Shown piece after piece: positions 56,028 to 64,000 of a stretch of DNA of 64,000 bases. The DNA is taken from IMG/VR virus record IMGVR_UViG_2862173500_000001, positions 1,235 through 65,234 of that record; one strand, 5' to 3'. The notes below the pieces were generated by a model that was not told the DNA's origin, searched no databases, and saw nothing but the letters and a program-made list of their open reading frames with translations. Numbering within the stretch: the stretch's first letter is position 1; each line of letters opens with the position of its first letter. The DNA is from a virus. Its lineage: Duplodnaviria; Caudoviricetes. A program made the position numbers and the translations under genes.

Positions 56028-56992
56028 TCCTTACCCTCGGCTCCCACGGGGATGTAGTCGCCCGGTGGCAGCGGGCCATGTTGGCCCGCTACGCCTCCTA
56101 CGCTAAAGGCGCAGATGGGGGACCGCTCAAGGTCGACTCGTACTTCGGGTACGACGACCAGGCCGTCCAGAAGGAATATCAACGTAGGACCAACCAAACC
56201 CAAACCGGTGAGGTGTCGCACGCGGACCTAGTGAAGCTCGGACTGATGCCGCTGTTCTTCACCGTCGAAGGCCACATGTCCGACATGTTCGTCGGGCCTT
56301 GCGCTTTCGTAGCCTCCACCCTGGAACGCGAAGGACGGGCCGTGTGGCGGCCCACGGGATACGACAACATCAAGCTCCCGTTCAACAACCAGTCCGGTGT
56401 GGACGAACTCGTGCACCGTCTCGATACGAAGCTGTTCGAGGACGGCACACCCTTCCCTGTTGGAACACCGTGGAATCTGGCGATATTCAGCCAGGGCGCC
56501 ATGGTCGGCTGCGAAGTCATGGAAAAGCACGTCCTACCCACCAATGGACGGTTGCACTACCGGCTCAAAGACTTCCGCAAGGGCATTGCATTCGGAAACC
56601 CCTTTCGCCTGATCAACCAGTGCGCCCCATGGGTCGCCGATCCTCCGCAGCCTAATACGCAGGGGATCATGGACTGGCACTTCGATTTCCTGAAATACCC
56701 AGAGCTGGCGGGGAAGTGGCAGGAGCATGCCCGCACCCGCGACTGGTACGCCGAAAACCGTTTGGACGAGGCCGGTCTAAACATGACGGCTATCGCCAAG
56801 ATCATCACCCAATCCTCCTGGACCGGTGGAGCTGCGTCGATCGTGGCCCGAATCATGGATCTGTTCGTCAACCCCTTCGACGGGTTGATCGACATCGTGT
56901 GGGCCATCGTACGGACCTTCCAGGGCATCGCACACCTGGACGTTCACGGCACGTACGACCTGAACCCAGTCCTTGACTGGTTCCGCGCCTAA
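56024..56992 (+). CDS. lysB: Lysin B (cutinase-like esterase with an N-terminal PG-binding domain)
   Basis: LGS.G..V..WQ, D.YFG, FSQGA, FGNP.R, D.YA, H..Y. Confidence 0.92.
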   Translation: MILTLGSHGDVVARWQRAMLARYASYAKGADGGPLKVDSYFGYDDQAVQKEYQRRTNQTQTGEVSHADLVKLGLMPLFFTVEGHMSDMFVGPCAFVASTLEREGRAVWRPTGYDNIKLPFNNQSGVDELVHRLDTKLFEDGTPFPVGTPWNLAIFSQGAMVGCEVMEKHVLPTNGRLHYRLKDFRKGIAFGNPFRLINQCAPWVADPPQPNTQGIMDWHFDFLKYPELAGKWQEHARTRDWYAENRLDEAGLNMTAIAKIITQSSWTGGAASIVARIMDLFVNPFDGLIDIVWAIVRTFQGIAHLDVHGTYDLNPVLDWFRA

Positions 56993-57006
56993 CAACTGAA
57001 TAGCCC
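56992..57006 (+). repeat. Second copy of ACAACTGAATAGCCC
   Basis: Identical to 3924-3938; at the lysB stop. Confidence 0.6.
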
Positions 57007-57037
57007 TCGAAGCGCCCCATGAAAGGCGGTTCAAATC

Positions 57038-57256
57038 ATGTCCATCCGAGAATTGCTCGAGGAACGCTCGCAGCCGCAGCCGAAGGCATGCACGACATGC
57101 CGCTGGTTTGCGACTCAGTCAGAGGATGAGCAAGCTGCGGCCAAGGAGTGGTTCGACGCGGGCTTCTCTATGGAGGAGTTGTGGCGCGGGATCCGCAAGC
57201 TCGGCTATCCACTGGCGGTGGATGCGCTCCGGAACCACTTCAGGATATGCAGTTGA
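57038..57256 (+). CDS. Small protein with CxxC and an HTH-like segment
   Basis: CTTCRW...LW.....GYP....ALR.H.R.C. Confidence 0.75.
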   Translation: MSIRELLEERSQPQPKACTTCRWFATQSEDEQAAAKEWFDAGFSMEELWRGIRKLGYPLAVDALRNHFRICS

Positions 57257-58389
57257 GTATCCGCGACAATCTCAACCGGATGCTGGATACTCCAACGGCT
57301 GAAGAGAAGAAGTACCAGCCGTCAACGGTATTCGACGGCTCCGAGGGGCACATCCAGACGGGCACAATGAAAGCCTCCGACCCGGTGGACTACACAGATC
57401 TGTTGAAGCAGTTCGGGTACGACCCGGATTCGGTACAGATCGTCGGGTCGGTGCGTACTTCACGGTGGCAGCAGCGCGAGGACGGGGAGTGGCTGGTTGC
57501 GTACCGGTTCAACATCGCACCCCGCTCCACAATCTCGACACTCGACCTGGAGTCGATAGTCAAGAAAGCCCGATCACACAAACCGGTTGGTGCTAAAGGG
57601 CATTGGCTCGTGTTTCAGGCAGCAGATCTACAGCTGGGTAAAAGGTCACGTGACGGTTCAACCGAGCAGATCGTTGAAAACTACCTCGATAGTTTGCAAC
57701 GAAGTATCGAAGAGTATCGGGGATTGAAGCGCTACGGCATTGAGGGCATCCAGATCTCCATGCCGGGAGACTGTATTGAGGGCAACGTATCCCAGAACGG
57801 TAAGAACCTGTGGCTGACACAGGAGACGGTCACGGAGCAGACCCGAATCCTGCGGCGGTTGATGCTGGCGACGATTGACGCAATGGGTCCGCTGGCCGAC
57901 CAATTATGCCTAGATGTGATCAACGGCAATCATGATGAGGCACAGCGCCAGCAGAACACCTATCCGGGGGATGGGTGGGCCACCGAATGTGCGATCGCGG
58001 TACATGACGCACTGGAGCTGAACCCGGCCGCCTATGGGCATGTTTCGGTGAGAACCCCCGACAAATGGTCGGGATCCATGACGGTCCCGGTGGGGGACAC
58101 TGTGGTCACGATCGCGCACGGGCATCAGTGGCGCACAAGAACCAAAGGCATGCAGTGGTGGTCAGGTCAGACCTTCACCGGACAGCCGGCTGGTGCCGCA
58201 CACGTATTGCAGCACGGCCACTTCCACAGCTTCGAACTCGAAACTGACGGCGGCAGAACCCGCATCTGTTCGCCCGCTTTGGATTGCGGCTCGGACTGGT
58301 ACCGCGAGAAGACGGGATCTGAATCGCCACCGGGGGCGCTCGTCTACCTCCTCTCCGGGGGCAAGATCTCTCACCTGTCGGTTGTGTAA
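57253..58389 (+). CDS. Metallophosphoesterase (Mre11-like nuclease)
   Basis: DLQLGK, GDCIEG, GNHD, HGHQ, GHFH. Confidence 0.88.
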   Translation: MSIRDNLNRMLDTPTAEEKKYQPSTVFDGSEGHIQTGTMKASDPVDYTDLLKQFGYDPDSVQIVGSVRTSRWQQREDGEWLVAYRFNIAPRSTISTLDLESIVKKARSHKPVGAKGHWLVFQAADLQLGKRSRDGSTEQIVENYLDSLQRSIEEYRGLKRYGIEGIQISMPGDCIEGNVSQNGKNLWLTQETVTEQTRILRRLMLATIDAMGPLADQLCLDVINGNHDEAQRQQNTYPGDGWATECAIAVHDALELNPAAYGHVSVRTPDKWSGSMTVPVGDTVVTIAHGHQWRTRTKGMQWWSGQTFTGQPAGAAHVLQHGHFHSFELETDGGRTRICSPALDCGSDWYREKTGSESPPGALVYLLSGGKISHLSVV

Positions 58390-58398
58390 GGAGCTGTC

Positions 58399-58626
58399 AT
58401 GACTGACGAACACCCCGACGACCTGATACAGCAGTACGTCGAAGCACGTGACAATGATCCGGGTTGGCGGGTATCGGATTTCGTGCTCATGGTCGGATTC
58501 GAGCGCGTCATGGGCGACGGCACTCTGGAGCACACCTACAGCGTGTATGAAGGTGAGAACCAATCGCCATGGGCTACAAGAGGCTTGATAGACAACAGTA
58601 TTGAGCACCTAGAGCACACTGAGTGA
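58399..58626 (+). CDS. Hypothetical phage protein
   Basis: SD AAGGAG. Confidence 0.75.
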   Translation: MTDEHPDDLIQQYVEARDNDPGWRVSDFVLMVGFERVMGDGTLEHTYSVYEGENQSPWATRGLIDNSIEHLEHTE

Positions 58627-58627
58627 G

Positions 58628-59062
58628 TCAGGCGTTGCATACGGGTTCTCTGTTGTAAAAGAACAGCGTCGGATGTTCGCGCCACTGGTCGCTATCGTCT
58701 GTGGAGTCCTCATACAGTGCGTAGCCGAGGAAATCGCCAGCCGACATCTTTAGGTGTGGGGTAATCCAATTGACGAACAACCCCGTCTCGCCGCTGTAGT
58801 CCTTCAGTGATGACGACAGCACCAGCTGGTTTCCGTATGGGCCACATGTTTGCGGTCGCCGAAAGATTGCCTCACGCGACTCTTGATAGACCGCGCCGCC
58901 GCCACGAAACACGTCATCCCACCGTGGCATAGTGAAGAACTCGTGGTTGTCGTAGCCGCCATTATCGAACCATTCACCGCCCATGACCTGCCGCTCCAGC
59001 CAGTCGGCAACGGGTCCATCTTTGATGTTGGCCCGGAAGTAGAACTCCGTGTACATGCCCAT
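58628..59062 (-). CDS. Hypothetical protein (moron)
   Basis: MGMYTE...H.FF...RW...LKDY..E...F..WI.P; follows element copy 6. Confidence 0.8.
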   Translation of the reverse strand: MGMYTEFYFRANIKDGPVADWLERQVMGGEWFDNGGYDNHEFFTMPRWDDVFRGGGAVYQESREAIFRRPQTCGPYGNQLVLSSSLKDYSGETGLFVNWITPHLKMSAGDFLGYALYEDSTDDSDQWREHPTLFFYNREPVCNA

Positions 59063-59103
59063 GCCTCAATTTTACGGCGCTACAGCAGTATCAGCGGGGT
59101 CTA
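59063..59103 (-). repeat. Cassette promoter element, copy 6
   Basis: Reverse strand TAGACCCCGC-N19-TAAAAT-TGAGGC-ATG. Confidence 0.85.
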
Positions 59104-59109
59104 AGTAGT

Positions 59110-59146
59110 GAAAGGCCCCCGCGCAGGAGAGCTGAACGCGGGGGCC
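59110..59146 (-). terminator. Hairpin GGCCCCCGCG/CGCGGGGGCC with TTTC on the minus strand
   Basis: 10-bp perfect stem. Confidence 0.6.
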
Positions 59147-59229
59147 ATCCTATCCACGGTTGAAAGCCGCTTCTGACTTTACTCCGCTTCTCCGACATCA
59201 CCGAGGTCTATCCACAGGGGAGGGTTCCC

Positions 59230-59463
59230 ATGACGTTTATTAACCATCAAAACATCGTGCATCTGAAGCGAGTGTCCGTATTCGGCCTATGTGAGATGGA
59301 CGCGTTGCATGAGGGTCACGTCCTCGACCTAGGTGACGTACTACAGGAATGCCCCGGACAGTGGAGCCTCTGCCGTAACTGTGACGACCGTAAGTGCATG
59401 GGCTGCGTGTTCCGAGAGTATGACCACGACTGCGCCGATGACTGCCCTGATTGCTGCCACTGA
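59230..59463 (+). CDS. Cys-rich small protein
   Basis: SD GGGAGGG; CRNC..RKCMGC...HDC.DDCPDCC. Confidence 0.65.
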   Translation: MTFINHQNIVHLKRVSVFGLCEMDALHEGHVLDLGDVLQECPGQWSLCRNCDDRKCMGCVFREYDHDCADDCPDCCH

Positions 59464-59720
59464 TGGCGCTGCAACCATCCGATTGGGCGTGGATCACTAT
59501 GGCTGCCGGGATCGTCGCCTACGAGGTGGTGTGCCCACCGGGAGAGCTGCTATCGGATGCCACAGCACGCTACGGACAGAACCACATGTTCCTGAGCTCC
59601 GCGGTGATCGGGGTAGTCGCCGTGCACCTGCTGCGCACCACCGGGCTGCTGAAGTTCATCCCCGAACAGTTCGACTTCATCCATCTGTTGGCTTCACTGA
59701 AAGGGATCGGTCATGACTAA
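59463..59720 (+). CDS. Small membrane protein
   Basis: D.AW..M..G.V.YE..CP.GELLS. Confidence 0.75.
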   Translation: MALQPSDWAWITMAAGIVAYEVVCPPGELLSDATARYGQNHMFLSSAVIGVVAVHLLRTTGLLKFIPEQFDFIHLLASLKGIGHD

Positions 59721-59738
59721 TGAGAATGCGCCTACACG

Positions 59739-60086
59739 GTGAACCTGGCTGATTGGCAGTTGCCGCCGCTCGCACAGGACGGCTGGGGCCTCGCGACCTG
59801 GGTAGTGATCGCCGTAGTCGTCATGTGCTTCCTCGGGATCTTATGGACGTTGCAGCATGTGGACCTGAAAGCGATACGCCACCAAACAGAGAACTCCCAC
59901 GACACCAACCTGCGAGACGACATAGATGAGATCCGGGAGATGGTCCGCGACGGCATGTCCGACATCCGTGGCGACATCAACGGCATCCGCAAAGACATTG
60001 GGGGACTGCGCGGAGAGCTGCGTATCGAGCGTGAGGAACGTATCGAGTCCGACGCCCGTATATGGCGTGGACCCTGGAAGGGCTAG
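59739..60086 (+). CDS. DUF2746-like membrane protein
   Basis: TM helix plus QTENSH.TNLRDDID...DIGGLRGELR.ER.ERI. Confidence 0.8.
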   Translation: MNLADWQLPPLAQDGWGLATWVVIAVVVMCFLGILWTLQHVDLKAIRHQTENSHDTNLRDDIDEIREMVRDGMSDIRGDINGIRKDIGGLRGELRIEREERIESDARIWRGPWKG

Positions 60087-60124
60087 ACCCCGCCGTTAGG
60101 CCAGTGCGGCGGTAAAATTGGGGA
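60084..60124 (+). repeat. Cassette promoter element, copy 7
   Basis: TAGACCCCGC-N19-TAAAAT-TGGGGA-ATG; the TAG is the stop of the upstream gene. Confidence 0.85.
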
Positions 60125-60364
60125 ATGGCATTCCTTCGTAGGTTCATCAACGGACTCCGGGGATACTCCGAGTCGGGGACGATTACGTTGATGACTACCG
60201 AGCAGCAAGCCGAGTGGATGATGAGGCACCCGAAGTGCACCCGCTGCGGCCAGGACATCGACACGCGATTTGAAACCTACGACCTTGTTCAATGGAGCGA
60301 CGGCCGGAGGTATCAGTCTCACACAATGAAGTGCCCTGACACACCCGTCCCTTCCCAGATTTAA
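60125..60364 (+). CDS. Small zinc-binding hypothetical protein
   Basis: CTRCG...H..KCP; follows element copy 7. Confidence 0.75.
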   Translation: MAFLRRFINGLRGYSESGTITLMTTEQQAEWMMRHPKCTRCGQDIDTRFETYDLVQWSDGRRYQSHTMKCPDTPVPSQI

Positions 60365-60393
60365 GCTCCTGCGCCACAAGCGCGGTTGAGATG

Positions 60394-60450
60394 AACGCCC
60401 CCGGTTCCATGCTTCCCCCAGCATGGAACCGGGGGCCGTTTTTCGTTTTT
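60394..60450. terminator. Long terminator hairpin between convergent genes
   Basis: 17-bp stem GCCCCCGGTTCCATGCT/AGCATGGAACCGGGGGC plus T tracts. Confidence 0.85.
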
Positions 60451-60455
60451 GGTGG

Positions 60456-60959
60456 CTAGTCCTTGGGGCAGTAGTGCTTCACGGAAAGGTTCACGAAGCT
60501 GACCGCCTCGGCGGGTTTGGAGTCTGAGGACTTGGCGAACCCGTCAGCCACCTGTAGCTCGGTCTGCCCGTCCTTAATGAGTGTGCACGTGAGCTTGGCG
60601 TTGTAGATCGCCGTCCCTGCGGTGTCGTAGAAGACCCCAGTGCTCTCCAGGTCCATCAGGAACGCCGTGTCTTTGTCCGGGTTGAGCAGCTTAGGGGACC
60701 GGTACGGATCGGGCGTCTGCGTGACCGTCACCGTGGCAGGGGATGCGTTGAGCGAATGGACCGCGTACACACCGGCTGAACCCAGCGCTGCCACCCCGAG
60801 TAGAAGTAGGCCCGCGGCCACGCCCCACCGTGCCGGTTCGGGGGCTGGTTCTATGACCGTCTCAGCGTCAGGGAATTCGGAGCTGTAGGCGAGGAGATCC
60901 TCCGACGTAGGCCGGGCCATCGTCGCTCCTACACGGGTATCCTCTCCCGCATCCTCCAT
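60456..60959 (-). CDS. Membrane-anchored DUF732 protein (leaderless moron)
   Basis: LLAYS, TM helix, D.AFL.DL..G...C.LI..G...SV.HYCP; -10 TACCAT 6 nt upstream. Confidence 0.85.
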   Translation of the reverse strand: MEDAGEDTRVGATMARPTSEDLLAYSSEFPDAETVIEPAPEPARWGVAAGLLLLGVAALGSAGVYAVHSLNASPATVTVTQTPDPYRSPKLLNPDKDTAFLMDLESTGVFYDTAGTAIYNAKLTCTLIKDGQTELQVADGFAKSSDSKPAEAVSFVNLSVKHYCPKD

Positions 60960-61071
60960 AGATTAATGGTAGTCCCGAACTGGGGCTATGAGCGGGGTTC
61001 AGCGCCAGCAACGTGATTAAGGGCCGAGTTAGGGGTGTCGGTATGCTCTCAGGGCTCAGGGCGAAAACTGT

Positions 61072-61094
61072 TAGGCTACAGTCTAGGCTACAGT
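61072..61094. repeat. Tandem direct repeats TAGGCTACAGT x2; probable integrase arm-type sites (attR)
   Basis: 61072-61082 and 61084-61094, about 40 bp before the tRNA. Confidence 0.6.
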
Positions 61095-61135
61095 TGGCTT
61101 AGGATTTGGTCAGGAAATACGCCCTGAGCTGCGAT

Positions 61136-61209
61136 GGGGCGGTAGCTCAGTTGGTTAGAGCCGTGGACTCATAATCCATTGGTCGCGGGTTCGAGCCCCG
61201 CCCGCCCTA
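61136..61209 (+). tRNA. tRNA with CAT anticodon (probably tRNA-Ile2, often annotated Met); no encoded CCA
   Basis: Cloverleaf: acceptor GGGGCGG/CCGCCCT, D arm, GTGGA-CTCATAA-TCCAT, GCGGG-TTCGAGC-CCCGC. Lacks initiator features. Confidence 0.95.
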
Positions 61210-61682
61210 CTTCACCACCGTTGCTTCCTCGGAGGTCTATTGAGAGAGCCATCCGCAGGCGCGGTACATTTCCCGCGTTGCTCACTTGGCTTGCTCAATG
61301 GAACGCGAGTCGTCAGTACCCTAGACAGCGAGCCGCCGTAAGCCAAACTGAGCATCGCGAATCAATCCTGGAAATACTGGAGGCAACCGGTACTTGTTAC
61401 AAAGCTGGACCACTTTGCGGCCAACTTGACAAGGCTGCGGCTGAGGATGGCCGGTAGATTTAGATAGCTGAAGCTTTCTATTCGGTGGTCCGCCCAACGC
61501 ACTTCGCTGATAGGCCAAAGTTGTTAGGCCTATCTGGTATCGGACTCTCGTCGCACAGTCTCGGCGGTGGTTCTCTTGTCTCTGCGTTGCCCATGGTCAG
61601 GGTTCGGAAAGTGCTGGCCTTTAGGCGATGTCATTCTGGGGGATCTTTGTCCTGAGCTGGCCAAGGGTCATAAACTCTGTCG

Positions 61683-62342
61683 ATGCAGACCGTTCAGGCA
61701 GCTCAGGGCTGGTGGCAGACGTTCCCCTGGGGCATTGTCTCGGCGATAGTTGCTCCTCTCGCCTTAGTAGTGACTGTGGTGATCTTCTTCAAGAATCGTG
61801 CTCGTAAGACGCTCGATTACGCCCTCATCAATGATGTGAGAATCGTGCCCGACGGGCTGGGTGATATCCGGGAAGACATCACGATCAGAGTCGGGACAGC
61901 GACTCTGAGAGATCCACGAATCCTCACAGTGCGCTACATCAACACCGGCAACAAGGGTATCGCCCGCGCGGACTTCCTCAACGGAAGTATCACCACCGCT
62001 CCAGACTCTGGTGTGTGCAATTCACAGATTGTAGATAAGTCAGACCGCGACATGGCGATCACCGAATCCGGTGTGGTACCGCACAAGAGTTACACGGTCG
62101 ATTGCCTGAACCCCGGTGACTATCTGGACATTCAATACATTCTCGACATGAATGATGTGTCGGGCGACGTGCTATTCAAACCGGTCTGTCGAATTCAGGA
62201 CGCCACTCGGTCTAGCCGGCTGGTGAGACCCACGGCGGGACGAGATGCGGCCCTTGATGTACTTCAGGAGTACCTAAATCTATTGCTCCCTCTTCCGATC
62301 GATCTGCGACCCTTCAGGCGGGCAATCGGCAAGATACGCTGA
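61683..62342 (+). CDS. Membrane-anchored hypothetical protein
   Basis: N-terminal TM helix, K.LDY, IN.GNK.I...DF; -10 TAAACT 6 nt upstream. Confidence 0.75.
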   Translation: MQTVQAAQGWWQTFPWGIVSAIVAPLALVVTVVIFFKNRARKTLDYALINDVRIVPDGLGDIREDITIRVGTATLRDPRILTVRYINTGNKGIARADFLNGSITTAPDSGVCNSQIVDKSDRDMAITESGVVPHKSYTVDCLNPGDYLDIQYILDMNDVSGDVLFKPVCRIQDATRSSRLVRPTAGRDAALDVLQEYLNLLLPLPIDLRPFRRAIGKIR

Positions 62343-62428
62343 GTTCAGTTGGTCGGGTTTAATCGCCACGATCAGGAGCCAGGCTGGGTGGACTCCAAAT
62401 GTACTGGCCTGCAGCCACAGTGGCATCG

Positions 62429-62671
62429 TCAACCACGATCCGCCGGACCGGCTGCTGACCTCCTGAGGACCAGCCCTAGGTCCTCGCCCGTCGGTAGCCG
62501 CATCCAGGCGATCTGCCTGCCTTCCTGCAGGACGTTCACGAACAAGCCATGCCGCTTCACCTCGTAGGCGGCCGAGTTCGATGGCCGCGCGGCACCGGCT
62601 GCTGGTGGATCCTGACGCCAGTGGGTCGCTGCCCAGACCTTGTGAATGTCCACGACCACCCTGCGGTCCAC
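62429..62671 (-). CDS. Hypothetical protein
   Basis: ORF track; G.QIAWMR..TG..LGLV. Possibly a degraded gene. Confidence 0.4.
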   Translation of the reverse strand: MDRRVVVDIHKVWAATHWRQDPPAAGAARPSNSAAYEVKRHGLFVNVLQEGRQIAWMRLPTGEDLGLVLRRSAAGPADRG

Positions 62672-62917
62672 TTCGCCGGCTCACCACTGGTTAGACCGAG
62701 CATATCCGGCACAACTGGGGCGTGACACCTGGTGTGAAGTGATCAGGGGCAACTTGCGTGAGGGCAAGAGTACGCACGGTTCTCAATCGAAATCACGCTG
62801 CAGGTCCGATTGGGTTGCCTCGAAGGAGAAAAACGTCGCCGAGGTTCACGACCAGCGCGCGGGAGACATCGTGATCGTGCGTCACACCCCGCCACCGCGG
62901 ATCTGCAAAAGGGCTGA

Positions 62918-64000
62918 TTACTTGGGTGTCCGGGACAGCAGTTCGGACAGCTTTTTCAGCAGTTCCAGAGCGTCGTCAGGGACGTAGGTGAGATTTCCTT
63001 TGTCTCGAAGGATGAAACCTGGGTCGGAGAACGTGCGTTTTCCGAGCAGCATCAGTAGCTCGAGGCGCTTCTCATCTGGCAGCTCATTGCTATAGGCGCC
63101 TACTGAGTTTAGTTGTGCAGTAAGGATATCCATGTGCCGGGCTGTCTCCCGGTGTTGGGCGGCGATGTGTCCGCAGTACGCAGCGAGGGCCAGCATTGGC
63201 AGGCCTACGAGGATCCTGGCGACAATTCCTGGAGAGCCTGTCATATGCGCGAGGATGGGACCGTCAATGGATAGCGCCCATATGGGAAGCCCGATACCTA
63301 CTGCCACGCACGCGAAGACCCCGATCGTCCAAGCCATTGATCCACTCTTTGATTTTTCGCTCGCTTCGATGAATGCCTTGGCCAGTCCCTGCTGCCCGGC
63401 TTCGGTGGTCGCGCGGTCGCTTAGCGCTACGTTCTGGTTCAAGCGTCGTACGGCGGACTCAGAAATAAGATCTATAAGCATCGGCGGCAGGTTGGCGCCA
63501 CCTCTGATTTTTTCGATGGCTACTAGTGCGCTCCGCAGGTATTCCGCCGCGGGATTGAGCGCGTTCATCCGCCAGTCCGACAGAAAATCACCGAAGTCGC
63601 GGATGTGGGCGATCACCTTGGAGTCGGTAGACGTTCCGATGTAGCTTTGGGTGATCTCAGACTGTGATCTCAAACTGCTCAGCTCGTGTGGATCAACTAG
63701 GTTCCCGAACAAGAAGGTAAATGACCGGCTGGGCAGATCGACGGAGAGCTCCGCATTTAGGAGATCTCTAATGCTTCGCACCTTTTCTGCGATCTCATGC
63801 AATGAAGCCGAACTATGGGAGCCTCGCGCGGACACCCTGTCAGCGATGGCCTGTATCTGATCGGCAACGGTCGTTGTCGCATTGCTGATGGTGCCCAGAT
63901 TCGCTGAGGCAGGCAGGACGCCCGTAGCCTTGCGGTGAAACTCTGAAACGAAGCGCGCAGGTTCGTAGGGCTCGTAGTCTGCGGAACTTTCGCTTTCCAT
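62918..64000 (-). CDS. Helical protein with two C-terminal TM helices; the start may lie beyond the window
   Basis: 360-aa ORF; GLAKAF...WT.G, ARI..GLP...LAAYC...AA.HR. Confidence 0.8.
   Translation of the reverse strand: MESESSADYEPYEPARFVSEFHRKATGVLPASANLGTISNATTTVADQIQAIADRVSARGSHSSASLHEIAEKVRSIRDLLNAELSVDLPSRSFTFLFGNLVDPHELSSLRSQSEITQSYIGTSTDSKVIAHIRDFGDFLSDWRMNALNPAAEYLRSALVAIEKIRGGANLPPMLIDLISESAVRRLNQNVALSDRATTEAGQQGLAKAFIEASEKSKSGSMAWTIGVFACVAVGIGLPIWALSIDGPILAHMTGSPGIVARILVGLPMLALAAYCGHIAAQHRETARHMDILTAQLNSVGAYSNELPDEKRLELLMLLGKRTFSDPGFILRDKGNLTYVPDDALELLKKLSELLSRTPK

Larger units (their letters stand above)
1..61135. mobile_element. Temperate mycobacteriophage (siphovirus-type) prophage; left end and integrase outside the window
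   Basis: Immunity, early, packaging, head, tail and lysis modules in canonical order. Ends at a tRNA preceded by arm-site-like direct repeats. The right boundary is approximate. Confidence 0.95.

Noticed and set aside
59150-59218. DnaA boxes (CTATCCAC x2)
   Set aside because: They mismatch the consensus and there is no other origin feature.
61136-61209. Initiator tRNA-fMet or a phage-encoded cargo tRNA
   Set aside because: It lacks the C1:A72 mismatch and the three G:C anticodon-stem pairs. Its position at the prophage edge fits a host attachment-site tRNA.

Overview
Positions 1 to ~61135 are most of a temperate mycobacterial siphovirus prophage (probably Mycobacteroides/Mycobacterium; inferred from gene content). 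The integrase and left end lie outside the window. Gene order: acyltransferase and membrane-protein accessory genes; repressor/cro/antirepressor/excise; a long early operon of tiny coupled ORFs with a beta-clamp, HNH, RepA-like initiator and two WhiBs; a nucleotidyltransferase; HigBA; a moron-rich zone; a cluster of five glycosyltransferases plus a methyltransferase; HNH, terminase, portal, capsid and tail genes; lysin A/holin/lysin B; more morons; and a tRNA(CAT) at the probable right attachment site. About 2.8 kb of non-phage-like accessory DNA follows. Highlights: (1) seven copies of a 41-43 bp element, TAGACCCCGC-N19/20-(TAAAAT|GATAAT)-TGRGG(N1-2)-ATG. It supplies the promoter and start of a small unrelated gene and often the stop codon of the gene before it, like a cassette system. 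(2) Some of these morons carry host DNA-damage promoters (PafBC-type, plus a perfect LexA box). (3) An unusually large glycan-building cluster with an exostosin-like enzyme. (4) A paralog pair with alternating constant and variable blocks. (5) A 13-nt complementarity flanking the major tail gene. All calls come from reading the sequence by eye; no database searches were run.
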